This document shows positions 13,153-27,893 of a stretch of DNA of 64,000 nt, in pieces. This stretch comes from Octopus sinensis (lineage: Eukaryota). The stretch is taken from contig NC_043021.1 in NCBI RefSeq assembly GCF_006345805.1, positions 310,001-374,000 on the forward strand, given 5' to 3'. A model generated the notes under the pieces. It did no database searches, was not told the DNA's origin, and worked only from the letters and a program-made list of their open reading frames with translations. Each line of letters opens with the position of its first letter. Within the stretch, counting starts at the first letter, position 1. Position numbers and translations under genes: made by a program.

Positions 13153-14504
13153 TCAACACAAACGAGACTGTGATTTTTAACGTGGACGCTCGATATGCTA
13201 ATTATGGCAGGTAAATCTTCCTGCTGTCCAAAAAGAAAAATACATTGAGTAATGTAGTCCTAGATTTACCATTCCTAAAAGTATGATGTCGACACGACTG
13301 GAAAATCTTTGATCATAGGTTTCTACCATGACTGACCTGAGAGTAAACTACTACTACTACTAATACTAATTCTACTACTTGATTGCGTATCTGGAATTTG
13401 CACCCAAATTGCTACTAGCCTTTCTTGGTCTCAAGATCAAGGTCTTATATTTCTAAGAACGAATAAAAAGGGATGTTGTGATCATCATACATTCCCCCGT
13501 AGCCCCAGCAGAGTAAATGAAAGCATCCCGTTTAAACCGAAAATCGAAACTGCGTCGTCATATTAACTCGCTAGAAAGAAGCTTCAATGGCGTTCCTCAT
13601 TTGTAACCAATTGATCAATGAAACAATTGATTGCAATTATCTAAATAGATAATTAACTAAAATTATTAATCAAAGCTGAACGCTATTTCATGAATTCATA
13701 ATAATGTTCCAATCTATATTTGGAATTTTCAAAGAACAGCAAGTAGGGACCTTTCGCACTCACTTAATAGCAAACTGTATGGTTGATGTTGTTGTTGTTG
13801 TTGCTGTCATTCGTTGGGGTTGATGTCGATGCTGGTGATGATGATGAAGAAGGGGAGGAGGAGGAGGAAGAAAGGAGAAAGATGTTGCTGTTGCTATTGG
13901 TCTTGTTGTTGTTGATACTATTTTTGTTGCTGTTGTTTGTTGTTATTGTTTTCATTTTTGTAGTTGTCGCATTTGCTGCTGTTCTTGATATTTATGTTGT
14001 TGTTGTTGTTTTCCCACAGAGCTGGACACGCTCGTTGGATTTTGTTCATGGTTTCACTGCTGTTGGGATTGTTATTGATGTTCATTGTTGTTGTCGCTAT
14101 TATACATCTATATATATATATATACTTCTTCCTTTCTTAAGACACTTGGTGTGAATAGAAAGTGTACACGTCCTTACACGTCCTCAAACAACTACACGTA
14201 CTTTCGAAACTAGAGGTCAGAGATATTTACGAGATGTATACATCTCGACAAATTTCTGTTATTGTTGTGTCGCACTTTCAGATGACTTCTACTCTACTCT
14301 GCTCTCCACCTCCACTTTCTCTTACTGCGATTCATCAAGTTTTCTCTGGTATTTTCTTGCTGAATAGCCATGTTATATGAGCCTGAAAAATTGGCGAATC
14401 AGTCTGCACCTTCCGAGGATGAAGCAGCCCTCGTATAATTCCTGCATTAGTTAACTTACACGCGTGCGTACGTGCACACACAGACACACACACACACACT
14501 GATT

Positions 14505-14616
<112 letters not shown>

Positions 14617-15091
14617 GATAGATAGATAGATGATAGATAGATGATAGATAGATAGATAGATAGATAGAAGATAGATAGATAGATGAGTGTTGTGATTTTC
14701 TAGAACGAATATATATATTCGTGGAAGGAGGAACATCAATGAAAACAAGGTGAAGAATTTTGCTCTGCAACCGAAAAAAGTATTCCATGAATCTGATATT
14801 TCGAATTTCGAATAACTTTCCAAAGCTATAAGAGAAAATGAATGAGTTTCGCGTAGTACGGTGGCCTTGTGCTTGTATAATTCAAAGAACCTCGTCTGTT
14901 CAGTGGAGGAAATTAAGGTACTAATTTGCAAGAACAAATTACAGACTGAAATTACAGAATTTTATACCTGAAATATCAAAACGATTAAATGCTTTAAAGG
15001 TAACCAATGTCTTTGTAGATGTTCATATTGATATTTATGCTTCTAACTGCGATGTTCTAGTTTTCTTTTTATCACTGTACATATATATATA

Positions 15092-15136
<45 letters not shown>

Positions 15137-15148
15137 ATATAATATATA

Positions 15149-15181
<33 letters not shown>

Positions 15182-15425
15182 ACATATCTTATATATGTGT
15201 ATATGAAATGGAGAGAGAGAGAGAGAGAGAGAAAGGGAGATGGAGGGTAAATGTAACATGTATGTTGTCTTAGTTCCAGCTGTCTCTCATAAAGATCCGA
15301 GATTCATATTAGAATTGGATTTGTTATTTGCATTCATTTATACATCTTAGTTATGCACTGCATGGATTGCATTCATGCAAGAAACTCCAATTCTGTGAGT
15401 GTGTGTGAGAGAGTGTGTGTGTGTG

Positions 15426-15460
<35 letters not shown>

Positions 15461-15930
15461 AGTGTGTGTGTGTGTGGTGTGTGTCAGTGTGTGTGTGTGT
15501 ATACGTGTGTGTTTCAGAAAAAGAGAGAGAAAGAGGGAGAGGAATATATGTATATGTGCATCTATTTAACATATATTCATGTATGTATCTATGTACGCGT
15601 GTGCAGGTTTGTGTATGTCAATATGCGCGTACACAGACGCACATACATCTACACATGCATGCATGCATACACACATATACACACAATCATCCACATACAG
15701 TCATACATACAGACACAGAGTCGTACATACATACACATACATACGTACATACATACATACATTTACATTCATGGCAGTGATATGAACTTGATTTAAATAT
15801 ACACTGACAAGTTTATATTTATACATGCATAATCTATCGTATATATTCCAATAGAATATTCAAATACCTCTGCGCACACACGCACACACACACACACACA
15901 CGCACGCACGCACACACACACACACGCACA

Positions 15931-15998
<68 letters not shown>

Positions 15999-16094
15999 CC
16001 ACTACGCGTGCATTGATATGCACAAACACACAAACCTGCAAGATGTGAATACAAGTAACAATATGACATACACACATAAGTGTGTGTGTGATAA

Positions 16095-16500
16095 ATGCAT
16101 GTATGTATGTATGTATGTATGTATGTATGTATGTATGTATGTATGTATGTATGTATGTATGTATGCATGCATGCATGTATGTATGTAGGTATGTATTTAC
16201 GTATGTATGTATGTATGTATGTATGTTTGTGTGTATGTATGTATGTGTGTATGTATGTATGTATGCATGCATGCATGTATGTATGTATGTATGTATGTAT
16301 GTATGTATGTACGTACGTACGTACGTATGTATGTATGTATGTATGTATGTATGTACGTATGTATGTATGTATGTATGTATGCATGTATGCATGTATGTAT
16401 GCATGTATGTATGTATGTATGTATGTACGTACGTATGTATGTATGTATGTATGTATGTATGTATGTATGTATGTATGCATGTATATATGTATGTATGTAT
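16095..16500. repeat. Long (TATG)n microsatellite
   Basis: About 400 bp tetranucleotide array with CATG/TACG variants. Confidence 0.95.
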
Positions 16501-16705
16501 AGGATCAGGTTGCAGTGTCCTTGGATATCACGAGGTGCCATATTACTTAACCTAATTCCTAAGTGACCTGGTTGTTACGTAAGCAGCCGGAACTCTCTAG
16601 GTTGCTGTTTCGCTACTAGGCTGTTCCTAACTCACGCTTTATTTTCTATCTTTCCCTTTCTCTTCTATTCAAACTCTCTCCCTCTCTACCCGCTTCCCTC
16701 ATCTT

Positions 16706-16776
<71 letters not shown>

Positions 16777-17173
16777 TGCTTTTTTCCTTGCGTTATCTTT
16801 TCACAAACACTTTCACTTCCCTTATTTGCTCAAGTATTTCACGTCTCTTTCTTTCTTCCTTCCTTTCTTCCTTTCTTTCTCTCCCCTCCATCTTTCTCCT
16901 CCCCCATTTATTTATCAATATATCTTTGTATTTCTCTAAATGTATTTTATGCATATCTATGTGTCCATCTGGTTATATATACATATATACAGCCATATAT
17001 GAGCATGTAAATATAAATATATATGTGTGTATATATACATAAATGTGTGTGTGTGCCTGTCTGTGTGTTTATCTACCCCATAACAATCCACAAGCCACCC
17101 TATCTACCCAAAATCTACCGCCATACCGACCAATATTAGCAATACACGTCACAACAACGCATTTACTACCAAC

Positions 17174-17204
<31 letters not shown>

Positions 17205-17210
17205 TTGCTG

Positions 17211-17270
<60 letters not shown>

Positions 17271-17660
17271 TATTTAATGCACTGTATCAACCTAAGCAAA
17301 GTGATTGCAATCATTACACACACACACACACACATTCACACAAACATATAAATTCGCGCGCGCACCGGCGAACTAGCGCGTGCGCTTGTTCGCACAGACA
17401 ATGCACACCCATACACACAAATGTATAGAAAGGCACACAAACACACACGCACAAGCGCATACACAGTACACTCTTAATAGAACGTCATCATACTCCAATA
17501 CACACACAAACACATCCATCTGATAATCTCATATATATTGTGTATACTTGCTCACACTCACACACACACACTCACACATACACATACCTCACACTCTCTC
17601 TCTCTCTCACACACACACATACCTCACTCTCTCTCTCTCACACACACATACATACCTCAT

Positions 17661-17711
<51 letters not shown>

Positions 17712-18341
17712 AACACACAAGCTCTTCTATTTCCCAACATTACACTGTCCAAGTGTACTAACAAATTGTGAAATTCTCTCCCCACCCAGGCGCGGTAGAA
17801 ACTACACCCGTAACATGAACGCCATCACCACCACTACCCTCACCAACATCTTCGTGTACAACAGCAACGTTCTGCAGTAACACTACCTCCAATACTACAA
17901 ACAACAGACGCAATAACACCAAAATGCCACAGCACCAACCTCGCCACCAGCCAAAACAATTCTCCCAACACCACCACCAACACCAACAACAACATCAACG
18001 ACAACAACCACACCAACAAGTACAACCTTACCACCACCGACCACAACAGCAATGACTGCATCACTTCCAGCATCGCCAACGCCAGCGATGTCTCTAATAA
18101 ACAATGCAAACAACACCGCCATCACCAACATCAACACAACAACAACAGAAACAGGCGGTATTTATCAAACATTTAGCGTCAGATACAAGACTTGTAAAAT
18201 ATATTGGAAAAGAAAAGGAGAGTGGATTATGTATACTCCCTCTCTCTACCAATCTCTCTCTCTCTCTCTCTCTTCTTGCATACATATATACGCACCTATT
18301 TATATATACATAAATGTGGTGTGTGTGTGTGTGTACATATA

Positions 18342-18392
18342 TGCCACGCAGTGGAATTGAACCCAGAACCATGTTGTTGGGAAGCAAATTAA
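18342..18392 (-). mobile_element. SINE family A head fragment
   Basis: Minus strand TTGCTTCCCAACAACATGGTTCTGGGTTCAATTCCACTGCGTGGCA. Confidence 0.65.
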
Positions 18393-18559
18393 ATTTGCCA
18401 TTTAAGACATTACACAGAGGGGACAAACAGGGACAGACGAACACAAAGTGTAAGAAGCTTTAACGTTTCAAAAATTACAAGTAAAATTACAATGAAGCGA
18501 ACGAAATAATATACACTGAGTTTGCAATAAAAATTCCAAAATTTTCTAAAATCACAATA

Positions 18560-19370
18560 ACTAGGACAGGCACCCAGCCATCCGGGTAGAGCCTTTACTT
18601 CTTAATCCGGTCTCTACCTGGTACCAATCAAACCCAGCTTGCATACCACAGGCTTCCATCTTTTCACAAACATATCTCGTGACAGACACCTCTTCTCCAG
18701 CCTGATCTTACTACCGAAGTGGTAACTAAAAAAGTTGACCAACCCCTGGCCGGAGACGAAGGTACCTGTCACTATACCTTTTCATACGCATCTTCCATGC
18801 TGTTTCTTTCAGTGTGGCTACTACGCAGGAAAAACAAGCCTTCCTTTCCCATTTGAGGAAAGGAGGTGGCACAATCTCAATGATAGACTCAGCCGACAGC
18901 TGTACTCTTCCCATCACTGACAACAGTTGTTCGGAGAAAGCTATCAGTCCCGTTAACTCCGGACATTCCAAGAATGCGTGCAAGACGGTTTCCTTATCCT
19001 GCGTTACATCACGGGTATGTCGGCGAGACGGTACTTCCGTGCCTTGACAGCTTATCACGAACAAGTAACGCCGCACGGAAACACTGCCAGGCCAAGGATT
19101 TCTGGTAATTATCCAGATACCTCGGCCCGAACGTTCACCTGAACAGGTTGACCAACTGATTTTCATCGTAGCCTAGGGCCTCTCCCAAGGCGTCTTCAGA
19201 CATAAATTCCCCTAACCCGCTATAGAAATCCGCGGTGGAACTCCTGTTGCCGGCATTGCCTGCCCGAGAGAGTAGCTGAAGTGCCTGACGGCACTCCGAA
19301 TGCCACTCCCCCATTTTAGACCTCCGCTTGATCCATGCACCAATGTCCGTTAAGGACGTTAACTGAGAAA
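18560..19370 (-). pseudogene. Tx1/L1-clade LINE ORF2 C-terminal fragment with decayed zinc knuckle
   Basis: LDNYQKSLAWQCFRAALLVRDKLSRHGSTVSPTYP*C..(frameshift)DKETVLHAFLECPEL...RCLSRDMFVKRW; the ET..H...C zf-RVT motif is typical of L1/Tx1. Confidence 0.8.
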
Positions 19371-19374
19371 TGTT

Positions 19375-20585
19375 ATTGAGGTCTTCATTGGGACATTCCA
19401 CCAGTATTCTTTTTTATTATAGCTGCTACCATATTGTGGGTTTTTATTTCTTTTTCCTCGGGGTTATCTTTCCGACGTATTTCATAAGAGAGTGTCCTAG
19501 CTACAGCATCATGTCTCATCGGTAGATAATACCGTGATGACATTTTCAGACAACTGCTTATGATCTGGGGGATATCTTCGATGTTAACTCCACAAAGTCT
19601 GCATCAGTTGTCACATTTTACTGCTTTTCCTGTATCTCTGTCCTTTTTTGTGCATCAAGTACTTGCTTGGTATTTCCTGTTCCTAGATTGCAAACGCATA
19701 ACCTTCAAAGTGGGAGATAGTAATCCGGATATTGGTCCATGATAAACTGCTTTGATGATCGATGTTACTATCATCTCGGAGCTTTATACTAGCAAATCCA
19801 TGCAGTCTTCTGCTCATATAGGTTCATCCTTTCATCTGATGATACGTTGCGGTAGAGTCGTGCAACTTCTTTGGGTATGTATTCTAGGTTATCAGACAAA
19901 GAATGTTGCTGAAGGAGCTGCCTTCCAAGTCTTATGATGTTATCAGCCTCATGTAGGCAAACTTGGTCAAGGGATGTACTTCGACACTTAGTGGTTAAAA
20001 GATGTTGCCGAAGAGATATGATATGGCATTCAAAGGCCTCTTCCGCCTTGTTTTCGTTTTAGGTAGAGGCGGTCTATGTCACTGTTTATGTGGGAATATT
20101 GTGTGCTTGTTAGTATTTTTCGGGTTTTCACATCAATGGCTCAGATCTCATCAACCGTCCAATCAAGCAGTCCAAATGTTGGCATCAGTACTGGCACTGC
20201 AAACACATTGTGGGTCACAGTTTTAGTGAATGCAGAGAGTTCAGAGGTCCAAGTTTTCTTTATTCGCCTGTAATACTCTTTAGTGACGCGTGTTTTGTTA
20301 TAAGTGCCATTGCAAGATATGTTTTCATCCACCCCTAGATACCTGTAACATTCCTCGTCAGATATCGGGGAAGTAGTCAAAACATTGAAGGAGATGTTGC
20401 TAGTTTGCTTTATTGTTTTCCTTTTTTTTACAACCATATAACAACATTTATCCTGACGAAACTCCAACCCTGCATCCTTTGAGAATGTTATAACTAGGTC
20501 AAGGCGCTTTTTCATTTCATGCATATTCTTTGCTTCAAGTCATCCACAAAGAAACAGTGTGTAATTTTGGTATTTCTGTTCCCTT
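19375..20585 (-). pseudogene. Dong/R4-clade non-LTR retrotransposon fragment (RT to start of RLE)
   Basis: ITHCFFVDDLK active-site motif (about 20540), FSKDAGLEFRQDKC, YRYLGVDE, FAVPVLMPTFGLLDW, RLYLKRKQGGRG, RHDAVAR, EYWWNVPMKT; several frameshifts. Confidence 0.85.
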
Positions 20586-20919
20586 GTGTATGTATGTATG
20601 TATGTATGTATGTATGTATGTATGTATGTATGTATGTATGTATGCATGTGTGTACGTAAGTGTATGTAAATATCTATGTATCTATGTAAGCATTTATGTA
20701 TGTATGAATGTATGTGTGTGATTTTTCAGCTTTATTTCAAACTTTCTTGCCAATAAATAGACGGTTTCTAACCTAGATCCAAGGCTCTTTTATTGGAATT
20801 GCAACATAAACGATGTATTTTTGTATGTATGTATATACGTATGTACACTTGTAGAAATGTATATTTTGTTATCTATATCTTCATGCATATGTATGTACTT
20901 GTATTTTTATGAATGTAAT

Positions 20920-20993
<74 letters not shown>

Positions 20994-21484
20994 TGTATAT
21001 GCATGTATGTATGTATGTATGTATGTATGTATGTATCTTGGTATATGTGACTCTATGCACACATTTCCGTATATGCATGTATATGGTTGTACGCATGAGC
21101 GTATATACACCTACAAGTACATACGTGTATGTAAATGCGAACTGCCCGTCTATATGTTCACCTTTTATCCCGAAACTACAAAACGAACATCAAACAATCC
21201 ATATTTTTTTTATTATTCCCATCTCACAAGGAAGCTTTTATTCCTCTTTTTTCTCTTTGTATTTTTATCTTTTCAAGAAATAACGGTCATATATCCCTCA
21301 ACACAGCATTCACTGTCAAGAAAAAGAGATGGGGAAAGCTCGGGTAGCTGAAACAGTGAAGCGCTAGCAAAATAATTAGGTACGCATAAAGGTGAGGATA
21401 AGTGGTGATATCACTGTATGGCTTGACTATAGGCATGCGTTTTGCTTCCTTCTTCACTCTCTGTAGGAAATTTCTTCCTCCACC

Positions 21485-21566
<82 letters not shown>

Positions 21567-23399
21567 CCTCTTTCTCTCTGGAATAACGAAATACATTCAG
21601 AGAATGAGAAACACACGAAGAGATACTTAGATGGAAAGAGAGAGGAATGGAGTCTAATGGTGTCGGTTTGATTATATTCTTATCGCTATGGCTCATGACA
21701 GCTTTTTCTAAACAATCAGTGGGTTTCGATGTTTCCAAGTCCTAGAAGTAGAAACCAAGTTATCATTTAATTAAACCCTACAGTCTAACGTGCACACGCT
21801 TGCAAAGGCCAACGTAATAGCTTTTACATATTGTTTCTACCTGTCAATAATATCAGTCAAAATATGCCTCAAATCATGCCCTGTAAGCATATATATATAT
21901 ATATATAATATATATATATATATATACAAATATATATATAGGCAAGTCGAAAATAAAAACAATAGTAAAAGCAAAAAGAAGTCAAAAAGGCATACACAGT
22001 GAATGTATTAGGTTGCTGCTCAGATTAAGATAGAAAAGATAGTGTGTAGCGTTTCGGGTATAGCTCTTCGTCAGAAAGCGGAAAGAGAAAACGTCTGGAG
22101 AGAGGGAAAAGTCCAAGAAAAGCAGGTGTGTGGTTAGACAAAGTGGGGGTGTGAGTGTATGTTTGTGTGTTGTGTGTGTGTGTGTGTGTGTGTATCTGTG
22201 CTTGCGTGCGCACAAACGTGTATGGAGTTTTTACAGCTGCCTCCAGTTACGTGGGACAACTTTTAGAGATTCCTGGAGATTATTGGTTGCTCGTTGGTGA
22301 ATGTCTGCAGAATCTTCCACACATTTATTGTGCGTAAGGCGATTATCTGACAGTCAAGTGGAACCCAACGACAGCTGGCCTGTTTGTAATTGAGGTTTAT
22401 TTAACAAAAATATGCCTCATTTCCACTCAAAACTCCATCCCTTCGGTTCAGTAGCCGTGTTTCTTTGACTCTTTAATGAATAGACTTCTTATCTGTTGTC
22501 CTCATTGCTATATGAGTATTCAAAAGCCAATACGATCCAGTCTTTCAGTTTCACTGTCCTTCAGTTTCCGAACATACTCTCATGAAGAGGCGATGATGGT
22601 TCATCTTCTGGATCAGAAACAGCGTAGGTGCTAGTTGAGTTTACTAGGCAGTGAGTTCAATATACCGTTGCCTGGTACCATAGAGTCTCTGCATATCATC
22701 GCCTTAAAGGACATGACGCAATTAATGTCTTTTGAAGATGAACATCAGCATTTTTCCTTTACTTTTTTTTTAATGAGATGATCGTTCTTGATAATACGTT
22801 ACACACATATATTATTCTCCTTGAAACAGTTTTCAAAATATACATTTATGCACCAGTGAACCACATTGAACGTGTCACAAAATTGCATCGGGCGTCAACA
22901 CATTATTATGAATATTGATATTTTTTATTTTTATTTTCATTATCATCTTTCAATTCTGTTTCCATTTCTTGCCGAGTGTCTTCCTGACACCTTGAGCAGA
23001 GAAACGCACTGTATACATTTGTAGGCCATTAAAATAAACATACCGGATTGTTCATTTACAAAGTCAGGTGGTAGAGAAAAAGGGGAAGTAAAAGAGAGAG
23101 AAAAAATAAAAATAAAAATAAAAAGTAAACAAAGAAAATAAGGAGGAAAAAAGGAAAGAAAATTCACAGCGACATTGCTCTTCTCGGTACATGTGAAGTA
23201 GCAGTTAAGACAATTTTTTACACTTCCTGCATGGATGGAAAGCCAGGGATCATTCTTTAATAATTTTCAGTTCCTTTTCTTATCATTCCAAGTGCTCCTA
23301 CAATCACTGGTATCGTAACCGTCTTGAGAAGTCACATCTTTTCGATGTCGATTAGCAAATCTTTATATTATTATTATCATTATCATTATTATTATTATT

Positions 23400-24159
23400 C
23401 TATGTTTGACTTTTGCTTTATGTTTGTACAAGTTGGCTCCAAGTCTCACCCAGAGAGCTCAAGAGACAACAGGCTGGAAGTTCACGTTGTTGTTATACCT
23501 AGTGTGCCATATATTTGGTGGGGGGGGGGGTTGTACTAGTGAATGTCTAATAAATAAATTTTAAAAAAAAAAGTCTGTTTTAAACCTTGAGATTACATAG
23601 AGAGTATTTTGCGTAGGATATGAGCAGTTCCCATGAGCACTATCTTTTGAATTTCTGCCATTTTGGGGTTTCCTGGTATCTGAGTTAGGTAGCACTCAGC
23701 CCCTTTCGCTATCATTCCCAGGGCACCTATGACAACAGGTATTGTTTTAGTTTTCAGGTTCCACATTTTGCTGATTTCTATTTCATGATCTTTATATTTG
23801 CTCAGTTTTTGGTAGGTCTTGACAGATACGTTTATATCGATTGGGACAGTCATATCAATGAGGAGGCATGTTCTTTGTCTGAAGTCTTTCAATATGATTT
23901 CTGGCCTATTTGCATCTATCTTTCTGTCAGTTTGAATCGTGAAGTTCCAGAGGAGTGAGATGTGGTCATTTTCAAGCTGTGGAGGTGGATTGTGTTCCCA
24001 CCAGTTTTTTTCATGGGGCAAATCCAGGTTTTTGCAAATTACCCAGTGAATATATTGTGCAGCTCTATCATGCCTGTTGAGGTACTCTGTAGGCGCTAGA
24101 AGACTGCACTTGGAGACAACATGATCAATGGTTTCATTTTGTTGTCGACATACACGACA

Positions 24160-24162
<3 letters not shown>
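23400..24162 (-). mobile_element. 5'-truncated Dong/R4-clade LINE: CCHC knuckle, restriction-like endonuclease and 3' UTR
   Basis: Open frame 24162-23593 (about 190 codons): CRVCRQQNETIDHVVSKC...RHDRAAQYIHW...LLWNFTIQTDRKIDANRPEII...CLLIDMTVP...KLSKYKD...IPVVIGALG. 3' UTR ends in (AAT)n. Confidence 0.92.
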
Positions 24163-24225
<63 letters not shown>

Positions 24226-24227
24226 TT

Positions 24228-24388
24228 GCCCACAGGGGCCTAAACATAGAGAGGACAAACAAAGGGATTAAGTTGATTACATCGACTCCAGTGCGTAACT
24301 GCTACTTATTTAATCGACCCCGAAAGGATGAAAGGCAAAGTCGACCTCGGCAGAATTTGAACTCAGAACGTAACGACAGACGAAATAC
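24228..24388 (-). mobile_element. SINE family B, 5'-truncated
   Basis: GAGTTCAAATTCTGCCGAGGTCGACTTTGCCTTTCATCCTTTCGGGGTCGATTAAATAAGTA on the minus strand. Confidence 0.8.
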
Positions 24389-24419
24389 ATTTTTATTATT
24401 GTTGTTGTTGTTGCTGTTA

Positions 24420-24483
24420 AGGCGGCAAGCTGGCAGAATCGTTAGCACGTCGCAGAAAATGCTTCGCGGCATTTCTTCCGGCT
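24420..24483 (+). mobile_element. SINE family B head
   Basis: GGCGGCAAGCTGGCAGAATCGTTAGCACG...AAATGCTTCGCGGCATTTC. Confidence 0.75.
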
Positions 24484-25683
24484 AACAGTATAGAGATTAG
24501 ATTAGTTTTGTCTTTACGTTTCAACTTTAGGAATACATTTATGAAATTTAAATGACCTACATCCCTGCCCTCAGCAAAAGTGTCAATGAATCCGGAACTA
24601 ACAAAACGACAGCAAAGCGACTCCAATCTCAATGTAAATGGAAATTTTTACGCGAGACAACTTGATAGTTACATTCATATGGAGATAAATTGCAACAACT
24701 TTCTTCCCATCAATTCCAAGACACGTTGTGTTTGTCATCGGAGAGAAAAAGGAAACGGACAGGACATTGGTATCCATGGTCTTCGTCTAATCAACACTTT
24801 TCTCACAAATGATGACAAAATATGAACACTTTCCCTGACCAAACTCCATTGCAACGTCACAGAAAAAAGTTGTAACCTGATCTGTTTCTTGGTATCATAA
24901 ATATTATTCAAAACAAGTCATTAATGTATGTATGCATGTATGTATGTATGTATGTATGTATGTATGTATGTATGTATGTATGTATGTATGTATGTATGTA
25001 TGCATGCATGCATGTAGGTATGTATGTATGTATGTATGCATGTAGGTATGTATGTATGTATGTATGCATGTATGTATGTATCTATGTATGTATGCATGTA
25101 TGTACGTATGTGACTGGATGCATCTATGCATTTGCATGTATATATGTGTATATTTGTATATACAACTGTAAGCATAAACACAATAGCCTATAAAATATTG
25201 ATTGCCTATCTATAAAATGTGATGTATCTAAGGTTTTCTAATCATAGCTTGTTATTGGTTTTGAAGGTATATATGTATATCTGTACATAGATAGATAGAG
25301 AAAGAGAGAGAGAAACCACCCGACAGGCAAACAGATAATAGCTAGTAAGAGAGAGAAAGAGAGAGAAAGAGAGAGGGAGAGATAATGTGTTTGTACTTAG
25401 CCCCATAATGTAAATCACTGTGAAAGTTTGACACAGTGAATCCTATCCAACACAAAGAAGCATTTATTCATTCATCACAAAGTTGCATCTTCCAAAACCT
25501 CACAACTCTACGACTCTCAGCGCTGCTTTCAATAGATTTCATAGAGCGAAATTCTTTGATAGTTAAATTGTATAGGATGGCATTCAAGCCATTTAAAGGT
25601 ATTGCCTGGTCCATTGGCTCTCACATACTCACAAACACATACACATATATGCCTGTGTATAAGCACACACAGATATATATATA

Positions 25684-25782
<99 letters not shown>

Positions 25783-25839
25783 GATGTATGTATATTTATA
25801 CATGTATGTATAAGTGTGTGTGTATTTGCGTGTGTATGG

Positions 25840-25878
<39 letters not shown>

Positions 25879-26041
25879 GCACCAGTTTTATATAGGGGGA
25901 TGTGTATGTATGTATATTTGTATATATATTTATACATGTATGTATAAGTGTGTGTATCTGTGTGTGAATGAATGTATATATATGATTACATATACACACA
26001 TGTGTGTATAAATACATACATATATATATATATATATTATA

Positions 26042-26085
<44 letters not shown>

Positions 26086-26417
26086 GGAAGTGTATGTATG
26101 TATGTATGTATGTATGCAAACACACACTGCTTTATGGATATTCGAATAGTATATACATGAGCATATATGTACATTAATGAGTTTGTGTGAGATCATAGAT
26201 GGATAGCTAGATAAACAGACAGACTGACAAACAGACAAGCAGGTAGTCAGACACACAGGCAGTCAGGCAGTTTATTCTTACCTTCTCCTCCTCCCGTTCC
26301 CTTCTCCTACCCCACCTATCCCCGTCTCTATACTAAACTAGTAATTCCATTCATTCACTGCCCTTCCCACCCCCTTCACATTGTACCGCTTTACCGCCAA
26401 ACGCTACACATCTTTAA

Positions 26418-26500
26418 ACGTCAGTCAACGCCAAAACGTTGGCCACTCAACGCCACTCAACGTCAATAAACGTCAGCTGACGTCAACACTTGATTCCAAT
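26418..26500. promoter_or_regulatory. CRE-like motif array (one full TGACGTCA plus phased half sites) with a CCAAT nearby
   Basis: ACG(T/C)CA starts at 26418, 26428, 26450, 26460, 26470, 26480; TGACGTCA 26478-26485; CCAAT at about 26496. Confidence 0.4.
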
Positions 26501-27112
26501 CCATCCGTCTTCCATCAGTCAGCCGTTGGTTATATTTCGAAGCTGTTTCTACTTTTAAAGACAATCTCTTCTTAGAGAAAATACGTTCACAGTTGTTGCT
26601 TATTTGTGGTTTGGTTTTGGCTTTCATTTTACTTAGTCTTCATTTTTTTGTTTTGCGTTTCTGCTTTGTGAATGAGTGGGATGTCTGTGTGTCGCCAATG
26701 TAATTAGCATATTTCTTCCATTTCGTTAATTAAATAATTAATTATATAATTGGTCAAAATTAAAATTGATTTAAATGAAATTATAAAAATTTTATCAGAG
26801 CAGAGAGATGGGATGTATATGTGTGTGCATATATGCACATAAAAATAGATAACACACAATACACACGCACACACACAAACATACACACATACTCACATAC
26901 ACACACACATTCACACACAAACACTAAGCGACACACACATAGGTATGCTTGTATGGAAACAATATGCATACATATATATACTTATAAATATATATATGTA
27001 TGTATATATGTATATATATATATACATATATATATATCTATATATATATATATAAATATATATATATGTATATATGTATGTATATATATGTGTGTGTATA
27101 TATGTATATGTA

Positions 27113-27200
<88 letters not shown>

Positions 27201-27860
27201 ATGTATATGTATATATATATGTATATATATGCATATATATATGTATATATATATGTATGTATATATATATGTATATATATATAAGTGTGTATATGTATAT
27301 ATATATGTATATACATACACACACACTCACAAACATATTGTCAAACAGACAGACAGATAGATAGATATGTTTGTATGGATCCGTGTGTGAGAGTGTATGT
27401 GTGCATGTGAATATGCTTGTGTGCATATACAAGAGTGCAGTAGGTGTGTATGCAAATCTGCGTGCCGTATGTATATGTACCCGTGAGTGCCTGTCTTTCT
27501 CTGGGTGTGCGTAAATCTGTAGCTGTCGATATTTCTGCTTCTATGCGCAACATCATTGTATTTATTTATTTCAGTCTATGGCAGCAACAAAGCAGAATCG
27601 TAATAACGTTGAAGAGAATGTCTCGCCATATTCGGCCCAACTCCGAGTACGGCTACGGCATTCCTTCTAACAGGATCGATGAATGAAGTACCAGCCAAAT
27701 ACTATGGGTCGTTCTCTCTCACACACTGTCTCACTTCTTCTTAACTGGTTGCGTTGTGCCGCGGGAAGGGCCCTGAAGACCCACGGGCAGTGACTAATCT
27801 CTTCTGAGATATCACTGAAGCCACTCGACGTACACTGCATTGTAGAATGGAACACAAGAA

Positions 27861-27893
<33 letters not shown>

